From Candidatus Omnitrophota bacterium (GTDB lineage: Bacteria > Omnitrophota > Gorgyraeia > Zapsychrales > Fredricksoniimonadaceae): a stretch of 64,000 nt of DNA. Shown here piece by piece: positions 57,401 to 64,000 of this stretch; within the stretch, counting starts at the first letter, position 1; the number at the start of each line of letters is the position of its first letter. Where the stretch lies: assembly GCA_015233675.1 (NCBI GenBank), contig JADFXH010000010.1:7284-71283 (forward strand). The letters are read 5' to 3'. The notes under the pieces are model-generated. The model was not told where the DNA came from. It was given only the letters and a program-made list of their open reading frames with translations, and did no database searches. The position numbers and the translations under genes were made by a program.

Positions 57401-58952
57401 GTTTAAAGTATTCAAAAAGAAGTTTAGGTTTGTCCGACAAAACTGCCAGTGGAGTATCCGCCCCCATGGAACCCGTGGCTTCTTCGCCTTTTGCCATAGG
57501 CTGCAATATGATTTTAAGATCTTCGAGGGTAAATCCAAACGCACGCTGACGTTCAAGCAAGGTCTCTGCGGTAAGGCCCGTCACTTTTTTAGGGGCAGGA
57601 AGCGTACGTATGTCCACGATATTATCTCTGAGCCATTTCTCATACGGATGGCGCCGGGCTAAGGTTTCTTTGACTTCACGGTCCTCGATGATGCGGCCTT
57701 CCCCGGTGTCCACCAAAAACATTTTGCCCGGCTGCAGTCGGCCTTTGGTAATGATCTTCTCAACAGCGATTGGCAATACCCCTGCTTCTGATGCCATTAT
57801 CACGATATCATCATTGGTGACCATATAACGGGACGGGCGCAAACCATTACGATCCAGAAGAGCTCCGACATAGCGCCCGTCGGAGAACGCGATGGCCGCA
57901 GGGCCGTCCCAGGGCTCCATCAAACAGGAATGATATTCATAAAAAGCCCGTTTAGAACGTTCAATTTCCTGATGATTGCTCCAGGCCTCGGGAATCATCA
58001 TCATCATCGCGTGGGGCAGCGAACGGCCGCAAAGGACCAGCATCTCCAGCACATTATCAAATGTCGCGGTGTCTGAACCGTGCGGCACAACGATAGGCAG
58101 CACTTTTTTTAAATCCTCACCGAATGCTTTAGAAACAAATTGTTTCTCGCGTGTCTGTATCCAGTTAATATTGCCGCGTAAGGTATTGATCTCCCCGTTA
58201 TGCGCGATATAGCGATAAGGGTGGGCCAAAGACCAGCTGGGGAAAGTATTAGTAGAATAGCGTGAATGTACCAGGGCAATAGCTGAAACCAGGTCTTTGT
58301 CGCTCAAATCAGGGAAAAAGCGGTCCAATTGCTCACTCATCAACTGGCCTTTGTAAACCATGGTGTTGCTGTTCAGCGAACAAAAATAATAAAAATTTTT
58401 CTGTGTCAGGGTGGAATTATATACCTTATTCCACAAACGCTTGCGGATAACATAAAGTTTGCGGTCAAAGTCTTCCCGGGGAGTTTTTAAACCGCGTCCG
58501 ATAAAAAGCTGCTTGAATGCAGGCATTACCGAGCGGGCGACACGTCCGATCTTGCTTGAATCATAGGGGACCTCTCTCCAGCCGATAAGTTTCTGCCCTT
58601 CTTCGCGTATAATATGTTCGGTCCACTCTTCAATGATATTGCAATCATCCAAAGATGTTGGTAAAAAAACCAGTCCGGCGCCGTAATCACCAGGGGCAGG
58701 AAGTTCTATTTCATTTTTGGCTAATTCTTTGCGAAAGAAAGTATCCGGCATCTGGATGAGGATGCCTGCCCCGTCACCGGTTTGGGGATCACAGCCGCAA
58801 GCCCCGCGATGGCTCAAATTCTCCAAAATTTCAACACCATGGCGGACCATATCATGGGACTTTTGTCCCTTGATATGCGCGATGAAACCAACCCCGCAGG
58901 AATCATGCTCAAATTGCGGATCGTATAAGCCTTGTTTCGGCGGAAGACTCAT
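54423..58952 (-). CDS. gltB: glutamate synthase large subunit
   Basis: The sequence after Met1 reaches the Ntn Cys: ...FEHDSCGVGFIA. FMN and GXGXG domains are present. Length 1509 aa. Confidence 0.95.
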   Translation of the reverse strand: MSLPPKQGLYDPQFEHDSCGVGFIAHIKGQKSHDMVRHGVEILENLSHRGACGCDPQTGDGAGILIQMPDTFFRKELAKNEIELPAPGDYGAGLVFLPTSLDDCNIIEEWTEHIIREEGQKLIGWREVPYDSSKIGRVARSVMPAFKQLFIGRGLKTPREDFDRKLYVIRKRLWNKVYNSTLTQKNFYYFCSLNSNTMVYKGQLMSEQLDRFFPDLSDKDLVSAIALVHSRYSTNTFPSWSLAHPYRYIAHNGEINTLRGNINWIQTREKQFVSKAFGEDLKKVLPIVVPHGSDTATFDNVLEMLVLCGRSLPHAMMMMIPEAWSNHQEIERSKRAFYEYHSCLMEPWDGPAAIAFSDGRYVGALLDRNGLRPSRYMVTNDDIVIMASEAGVLPIAVEKIITKGRLQPGKMFLVDTGEGRIIEDREVKETLARRHPYEKWLRDNIVDIRTLPAPKKVTGLTAETLLERQRAFGFTLEDLKIILQPMAKGEEATGSMGADTPLAVLSDKPKLLFEYFKQLFAQVTNPPIDAIREEIIMAEDMMLGPESNLLEEGPQHCHRLWIQHPVLTNEELEKISRIHQGSLKAITLPAVFDKKDGAAGLEKAFEALCAKADRAITEGYSIFILSDRDMSAQKAPIPSLLACSGLHHHLIRKGTRTKVSLVVETGEARELHHFAVLIGYGANAVNPYLAFETIEAMTMDAKFELTMSFNEAEKNFLKACHKGLYKIISKMGISTIQSYCGAQIFEAVGLGQELIDKYFTATPSRIGGINIDTVAQEALMRHEKGYPRWTATDSMLDEGGVYYWRKEAEYHQLNPTTIALLQHATRSGNFQVFKQYSKAVNENSRQIANIRGLLKFKTGHPIPIEEVEPASSIVKRFATGAMSYGSISREAHETMAIAMNRLGGFSNTGEGGEDAERFKKDPNGDWRRSRIKQVAQGRFGVTIEYLVNADQLQIKMAQGAKPGEGGQLPGHKVSKEIAYTRHTTPGVLLISPPPHHDIYSIEDLAQLIHDLKNANPQAMISVKLVSEIGVGTVAAGVAKGKADHVLISGFEGGTGASPQTSIKHAGLPMELGIAETQQVLVMNDLRGRIRIQTDGQLKTGRDVAIAAMLGADEFGFSTTALITMGCVMLRKCHLNTCSVGVATQDPELRKRFSGKPEYVVNFFTFIAEEVRQIMAELGIRKFEDMVGRVDMLDTRDTIDHWKAMNIDLTNILHRPDVPKGVSIHHSSTQEHGLEKALDNTLIAQSQQAIDQQKVVKIESSIRNINRTTGTMLSSLVARKYGLAGLPDDTIQIKFNGSAGQSFGAFLAHGISLTLEGEANDYVGKGLSGGRLVVFPPRLAQYVPEQNMIVGNVVLYGAIMGEAFFRGLAGERFAVRNSGASAVVEGVGDHGCEYMTGGRVVVIGPTGRNFAAGMSGGIAYVWDREGRFQKDCNPGMVDLFPVKEQKDMLELKELIEKHYKYTQSTVAQGILKNWQEISGQFIKVYPRDYRRVLEEAELIKNTNNLHSNTR

Positions 58953-59032
58953 GTTTGACTCATCTCACATCAGGATTAAATGTTATTGGATTCAAAGGGG
59001 TTATTTTATTATTATTCGTCGCAAAATGCAAA

Positions 59033-60745
59033 TTAAATTAGCAAACATGTCCCAAAAAATCGGATCAGGCTTTCTACAGAGCTTTCCGGCTGATAATGAA
59101 GCCTACGTGCTTGAAGCGCACATGCCCTTGCCTGGCCATATTCTCCTGCTCGATAAAACTGTACTGCTATGGCCATTAATATGGATGCCTGCTTTTCTGT
59201 AGTCCCTGTCAAAAGGTGAATGCTCTCAAACCGTCCTTTTTCCAATAACTGCACTTTAAAAGGGCTATGGCTAAAATCAAAATTCCCGTCTCCCCGAAAA
59301 AGGACACGTGAGTTTTGTAATAAAAGGTCGTTTGACCAAACCCTGTCACTGAAACTCATGATACGCTTTCCCCAAATATTAAAGAAAAATTTATTGGGAT
59401 ACAACCGGAAAAGATCTTCCCTCAGCCCCAGCGACCGGTTCCATCCATCACCGAAAAAAAGTGCCGCCTGCTGGTCTGACGAACGATAATAATCAATGAA
59501 CATACAATTCTGGTACTTTGCGCAAACGTGATCATGGAAGACTGAAATATCCCGAGTAAGCCCTTCTAATTTTAAAAAATAGCTTCTTGCTTGCCAAACC
59601 CCCAGGAAAACAAATATTAAAATACAAACAAATGTAATTTTTCGCCATAAAGCATTCTGAGCCAGTCCAAGCATATAAAGCAAACCCAAAAGCGGGCTAA
59701 ACAATCCCAGGCTTGGCAATAAATAATGTGCTCCGGGATTTTGGGTCACGACCAAACATTGCACCAATATTCCCAAAATTATCGCCGAAATAAAAAGAGA
59801 CACCTTGTCCCATTTTTTGCTCGCAAATTTCCAGCTTACCAGAAATAAAGCCGCGAAGAAAATACCTGCAAACATCCAATGCTCAATAATGTTATTCTTT
59901 CCATTCAAATAAAAACTCCGGATATCAACGCCCCCCGCCTGCTCAGCCTGAAAGCGTCCCCCGTGCGTTATAAAACCGCTGACCCATCCCCATTCCTGGG
60001 GATATAAAGGTATCGCTGGTATTGTCCACACGAAAAATGTTGCCATGAAAACACAAATAAAATAAATTCTATTTTCCCATGATAAAACAATTAGCGGGAC
60101 CGCTAGAAGAGGAAGAAAGGTAAGTTTTACGGCAGTTCCAAACCCGCAAACAAATCCCCAGAATAAACCAGCGGCAACCTTCTCTTTTGGTGTCTTGGCA
60201 AAAAAAACCATAAAAAGGCATATATTAAAAAGATTAAGAACGCTAATAAGCATTGGTTCAGGACTGACATTGGCAACAACAGGAAGGACGGGTTCGAATG
60301 TTTCCCATGATTTCATAACCAAATAACTTAAAGCCGGCAATTGGGTCAACACAGCGGCTAATTTGTCCCCTGTTTTTCGAAACACATACAGCCCTAATCC
60401 AAATGCCGTAAAAAAAGAAAATGCCGATAAAATACCGAATACGATATTCAGATAAAATTCCGGAGCGATTAAAACATGTTTTACAACATCCCCCGCGCAA
60501 TTGCCTATATTAAACACCCAGCAAATCACGCAACACAGGATTTGCACAGGAGTACCCGGATGAGTCGCATCGTTAAGGACTATACCTTTAAGTATATGAA
60601 GGCCGTTGATAAGATACAGATAGGACGGATCGAAATTTGTAGCCAACCAATATGGGCCGGCGGCTAATTTCAAAAGGATGGAAAACCCCAATACAATTCC
60701 GGGAATAAATAAAAAAATCCCGTATTTGCGAAATATCCCCGGCAT
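59033..60745 (-). CDS. polytopic membrane protein, possibly a GT-C-type (ArnT/PMT-like) glycosyltransferase
   Basis: At least 10 hydrophobic segments followed by a soluble C-terminal domain. It is adjacent to a GT2 polyprenyl-phosphate sugar synthase-like gene. Confidence 0.4.
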   Translation of the reverse strand: MPGIFRKYGIFLFIPGIVLGFSILLKLAAGPYWLATNFDPSYLYLINGLHILKGIVLNDATHPGTPVQILCCVICWVFNIGNCAGDVVKHVLIAPEFYLNIVFGILSAFSFFTAFGLGLYVFRKTGDKLAAVLTQLPALSYLVMKSWETFEPVLPVVANVSPEPMLISVLNLFNICLFMVFFAKTPKEKVAAGLFWGFVCGFGTAVKLTFLPLLAVPLIVLSWENRIYFICVFMATFFVWTIPAIPLYPQEWGWVSGFITHGGRFQAEQAGGVDIRSFYLNGKNNIIEHWMFAGIFFAALFLVSWKFASKKWDKVSLFISAIILGILVQCLVVTQNPGAHYLLPSLGLFSPLLGLLYMLGLAQNALWRKITFVCILIFVFLGVWQARSYFLKLEGLTRDISVFHDHVCAKYQNCMFIDYYRSSDQQAALFFGDGWNRSLGLREDLFRLYPNKFFFNIWGKRIMSFSDRVWSNDLLLQNSRVLFRGDGNFDFSHSPFKVQLLEKGRFESIHLLTGTTEKQASILMAIAVQFYRAGEYGQARACALQARRLHYQPESSVESLIRFFGTCLLI

Positions 60746-60758
60746 TGCCCCCTTTTCC

Positions 60759-61457
60759 CTAAATCCCTTTGTTTAAAAACCGGTATTTAATGATCGGCCA
60801 GAACATTTCCAGGGCGGTAGACCATTTTATTTTTTTACCTGCTTTGGAACTCCGGGCCTTGTAATCAATGGGAACTTCTTTAATCGCGTATCCCCGATAT
60901 AAAAGCTTCACTGTAAATTCAGTCTCAAAGGCAAAATTTTTAGAGGTTATGACCATCCCTTCCCAAGCACGCCGGGTAAAGACCTTGTAACAGGTATTAA
61001 TATCGGTCAACCTAACGCCGTAAAGAAGACTGAATGTCCTGTTAGAAATTCCATTAGCCCAACGGTTGATCGGCTCCATTGCCTCGATATGGCCCAAAAA
61101 CCGCGAACCATAAACCACCTCTGTCTGTCCCTGCAAAATAGGCTCTAAAAGTTTGGAATATTGGTTGGGATCATACTCCAGATCTGCGTCTTGGATCAGC
61201 AAAATATCACCGGTAGCCTGTTTAAATCCGGTTAATAAAGCAGCGGTCTTGCCTTGATTGCTTTGATGAATGACAACCATATCCGCTTGACCCTTATAAG
61301 AATTTAAAACCTCCGCTGTCCGGTCCCTGGAGCCGTCATTGACAACCACTATTTCTTTAGCTATCCCTGCAGGCAGGGACACTTCCCGGACCTTTGAAAG
61401 AATCTCTTTAATAGTTGCTTCTTCATTATACGCAGGAATAACAATGGATAATTTCAC
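60759..61457 (-). CDS. glycosyltransferase family 2 (polyprenol-phosphate glycosyltransferase-like)
   Basis: LSIVIPAYNEE...VVNDGSRDRT...IQDADLEYDP. Confidence 0.85.
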   Translation of the reverse strand: MKLSIVIPAYNEEATIKEILSKVREVSLPAGIAKEIVVVNDGSRDRTAEVLNSYKGQADMVVIHQSNQGKTAALLTGFKQATGDILLIQDADLEYDPNQYSKLLEPILQGQTEVVYGSRFLGHIEAMEPINRWANGISNRTFSLLYGVRLTDINTCYKVFTRRAWEGMVITSKNFAFETEFTVKLLYRGYAIKEVPIDYKARSSKAGKKIKWSTALEMFWPIIKYRFLNKGI

Positions 61458-63145
61458 TCTCGGTACCTATTGGTAATCGGCAGGCGCCAGTCTTTGCCGA
61501 AAGCGCATGACGTGATTTTAACGCCGGGAGGGGCCTGCCGTCTTTTATATTCATTCATATCCACCAAACGAATAGTCCGCCAAACAAGCTTTTCGTCCTT
61601 CCCTGAGGCCACAATATCCTGCGGCGAAGCATGCCCTTCGATATATGCCATTAAAATCTTATCCAGGTCCTCATAAGGCCCCAGCGTCTCTTCATCGGTT
61701 TGCCCCAATTTTAACTCTGCCGAAGGGGCTCTAAACAAAATACTTTCAGGGATCAGCGGCTCACGGGAAATGCTGTTACGAAAACGCGCTAACTCATAAA
61801 CCTTGGTCTTAAAAACATCCTTAATGACCGCGTAGCCTCCGGACATGTCCCCGTAAAGGGTGCAATAGCCTACCGCCATTTCACTTTTATTACCCGTGGT
61901 AAGAATAAGTCCGCCAAACTTGTTAGCCATGGCCATTAAAATGTTTCCCCGGATGCGGGCCTGGATGTTCTCTTCGGCAATGCCTGAGGGCATGTTGGCA
62001 AAATAGGGGGCCATTGTTTTTAAATAAGATGAAAAAATTCTTTTAATGGGAATTTCTTTTAATTCAATCTTTAAATTTTTAGCCAATTGCCTCGCATCCT
62101 GGCGGGTGGCCTTGCTATTAAAAGGGCTCGGCATCGAAATAGCCGTTACGTTCCGGGAGCCAAACGCATCACAGGCAATGCAGGCAACTAAGGCAGAGTC
62201 CACTCCGCCGCTTACCCCCAGCGCTACTTTTTTAAAACCGTTTTTAAATGCATAATCACGGGTTCCCAAAACCAGGGCCTTGTAAACTTCTTCGGCCTCA
62301 TCCAAAAGCGGCGCTATAAAGGATTCCCCCGGGCCCTGAGCCTGTCTCAATACCGTCGGAAATGGACTTTGCGATAGCGAAAACACCGGACCTTTAGGCG
62401 AACACCTGCGCGTGTCCGGATTGAGGGCCGCCATAAGCAAATGCTCCTCAAACTGCCTGGCCCGGGCTATCAAGTCACCCGAGGGAGAAATGATCATGCT
62501 CCCCCCGTCGAAAACAAGCTCATCCTGACCGCCAACGGTATTGACATACATTACATGTGTTTTGGTTTCTTTAGCCCTCCCCACCAGGAGTTCCTGGCGA
62601 AGTTTCAACTTCCCTGCCTGATACGGAGATGAGGAGATATTGATCAATATCTGGGCCCCTGCCCTAGCTTGTTCCTGATAAACCGCCCCGTTGATCCAGA
62701 TATCTTCACAGATGTTAATGCCGATTTTAACGCCCTTGACCATCGTAATACCGGAATTTTGTCCTAAAGAAAAATATCGTTTTTCGTCAAAAACGCCGTA
62801 ATTGGGCAATTCCTTCTTATGGAAGATATCCAGTATTTTCCCTTTACCAACAACAGCCGCAGCGTTATAAATTTTTCCGCCGGCGCCACTGTCCACGAAT
62901 CCCGCGATAACAGTCACATCGTTAATTTTCTTGCTCAGAGCATCCAGCGCTTTAATATTATCTGCCACAAAATGTTTTTTAAGCAACAAGTCTTCCGGAG
63001 GGTAACCGCAAAGGGCAAGTTCCGGGAAAACCACCAATTCCGCCCCTTCTTTCTGGGCTTGCGCGGCGTATTGCAGAATCTTTCGCGTATTGCCTGCTAA
63101 ATCACCGACGGTTGAATTAATTTGAGCAAGGGCTATTTTAAGCAT
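61454..63145 (-). CDS. nadE: glutamine-dependent NAD+ synthetase
   Basis: N-terminal CN-hydrolase domain (VVFPELALCGYP, NICEDIW) plus a synthetase domain (ALGVSGGVDSAL). Confidence 0.9.
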   Translation of the reverse strand: MLKIALAQINSTVGDLAGNTRKILQYAAQAQKEGAELVVFPELALCGYPPEDLLLKKHFVADNIKALDALSKKINDVTVIAGFVDSGAGGKIYNAAAVVGKGKILDIFHKKELPNYGVFDEKRYFSLGQNSGITMVKGVKIGINICEDIWINGAVYQEQARAGAQILINISSSPYQAGKLKLRQELLVGRAKETKTHVMYVNTVGGQDELVFDGGSMIISPSGDLIARARQFEEHLLMAALNPDTRRCSPKGPVFSLSQSPFPTVLRQAQGPGESFIAPLLDEAEEVYKALVLGTRDYAFKNGFKKVALGVSGGVDSALVACIACDAFGSRNVTAISMPSPFNSKATRQDARQLAKNLKIELKEIPIKRIFSSYLKTMAPYFANMPSGIAEENIQARIRGNILMAMANKFGGLILTTGNKSEMAVGYCTLYGDMSGGYAVIKDVFKTKVYELARFRNSISREPLIPESILFRAPSAELKLGQTDEETLGPYEDLDKILMAYIEGHASPQDIVASGKDEKLVWRTIRLVDMNEYKRRQAPPGVKITSCAFGKDWRLPITNRYRE

Positions 63146-63180
63146 AAAGGCTCTGCATTCTCATTGACATTTCTATTTAT

Positions 63181-63205
63181 ATCATTCCGGCGAAAGCCGG
63201 AATCT
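63181..63205 (+). repeat. REP-like hairpin, copy 4 (ATCATTCCGGCGAAAGCCGGAATCT)
   Basis: Perfect stem and GAAA loop. It abuts the stop codon of the GATase gene. Confidence 0.8.
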
Positions 63206-63913
63206 TCAACAATGAAGTTGCATGATATCCAAGAAATTTTGGTACAACACATTGGCCTGACGATCAAAACTTGATTTTACCTTCCAGTAAGTTTCCAGCA
63301 TTGCTCCGGCATGGTCCCTGCGGCCGGGTAAATCTGTTGCCCTGTACGCATCACACCATTCCTTAATGCTTTTATCCGTTACCTCAATATGAAACTGCAA
63401 TCCATAGGCATTTTTCCCGACTCTTAACGCCTGGTGGGGACATCCCTCAGATGTGGCCAGCAACTTCCCGTTCGAAGGGATTTGAAACATGTCCCCGTGC
63501 CACTGATAAACAGGGTCTTGAGGACAAAAACCTTTAAACAGGGGATCTTTTTTGCCGTCAGATGTCAGTTGTATCTTATACCAGCCGATCTCTTTGACGG
63601 GAGATCTGACAACCTTGGTTCCGGCAGCTTTGGCTAAAAGCTGTACGCCTAAACAAATGCCCAAATAGGGAACTTCTGCTTCTAAAACTTTCTGAATAAA
63701 ATCATTTTCCGGCTTAAGGAACGGGAAACTCTTTTCTTCGTCCACGTTCATGGGGCCACCCAAGACAACCACCGCTTTAAAAATACGCGGATCAGCAGGT
63801 ATTTGCCCGCCTGCTCCAAGGTCATTAATAAGAAAAGGTTCTTTTCTGTTTTTTAAAAAATCTCCCAAGGTTCCCGGGCCTTCTATGTCGATATGTTTAA
63901 TAATTAAAATCAT
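63206..63913 (-). CDS. class I glutamine amidotransferase (GuaA-N-like GATase1)
   Basis: VPYLGICLGVQLL...LQFHIEV (Cys-His-Glu triad context). Confidence 0.8.
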   Translation of the reverse strand: MILIIKHIDIEGPGTLGDFLKNRKEPFLINDLGAGGQIPADPRIFKAVVVLGGPMNVDEEKSFPFLKPENDFIQKVLEAEVPYLGICLGVQLLAKAAGTKVVRSPVKEIGWYKIQLTSDGKKDPLFKGFCPQDPVYQWHGDMFQIPSNGKLLATSEGCPHQALRVGKNAYGLQFHIEVTDKSIKEWCDAYRATDLPGRRDHAGAMLETYWKVKSSFDRQANVLYQNFLDIMQLHC

Positions 63914-63966
63914 ACCCTCATTGAAGGGGACTCCTCTCGGTTGTAAAAAGGATTATACTACAAAAC

Positions 63967-63998
63967 AAAAAGGGCGGATAAAAATATCCGCCCTTTTT
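63967..63998. terminator. bidirectional intrinsic terminator
   Basis: AAAAA-GGGCGGATA-AAAA-TATCCGCCC-TTTTT. Confidence 0.75.
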
Positions 63999-64000
63999 GT

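Noticed and set aside
1-64000. A search for CRISPR arrays, rRNA genes and IS transposases.
   Set aside because: No three or more regularly spaced 24-40-bp direct repeats were seen. No rRNA-like conserved blocks and no transposase-like ORFs were seen. The only recombinases are the two serine recombinases.

Overview
This is a 64-kb window from a low-GC (roughly 40% by eye, not computed), apparently diderm bacterium; Lnt and lipobox/Sec-signal proteins are present, and the phylum cannot be determined without a search. All product names come from motif recognition by eye, because no database search was possible.

Left part, about nt 1-24,450: a mosaic integrative island, or islands, abutting tRNA-Glu(CUC). 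It carries two different large serine recombinases (708-2210 and 22432-24045, the latter with a DUF2924 partner). Its cargo falls into three groups:
(i) A candidate conflict/defence module (2461-6152). It consists of DUF3800, an archaeo-eukaryotic-primase(AEP)-SF2 helicase fusion, and a translationally coupled DUF1917/Bles03-like small protein. A well-signalled candidate sRNA lies between the genes.
(ii) A minus-strand stress-tolerance gene string (6572-14933) plus a divergent K+/H+ antiporter. The string contains a MerR-like regulator, two cytosolic sHsp20 genes, YfdX, a GH15-like hydrolase, a GT4 transferase, a signal-peptide-bearing sHsp20, an ECF-like sigma factor and secreted proteins. 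It is reminiscent of the enterobacterial heat-resistance locus (LHR/tLST).
(iii) A phage-derived remnant (16748-21781). It has TerL, a TerS-like gene, a ParB-DNA-methyltransferase fusion broken by a +1 frameshift in a C7 tract inside the DPPY motif, a 480-bp noncoding gap with GC-rich tandem 100-nt units, and RhuM.

Right part, about nt 24,450-64,000: core genome, almost entirely on the minus strand (rpe, tRNA-Leu, pyrG, purF, carB, carA, gpx, ridA, glpD, glpK, lnt, gltD, gltB, nadE and others). It also contains four notable features:
- a FIST / GAF-histidine kinase / REC-GGDEF(GGDDF) operon;
- the most striking gene in the window, a monocistronic 1366-aa protein of about 12% Cys, built from several cysteine-repeat families and led by a Flp/class-III prepilin-type signal (28417-32517);
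- four copies of a 25-nt GAAA-tetraloop REP-like hairpin in 3' intergenic spacers;
- a 189-bp foldback (MITE-like) palindrome.

No CRISPR array and no rRNA were seen.
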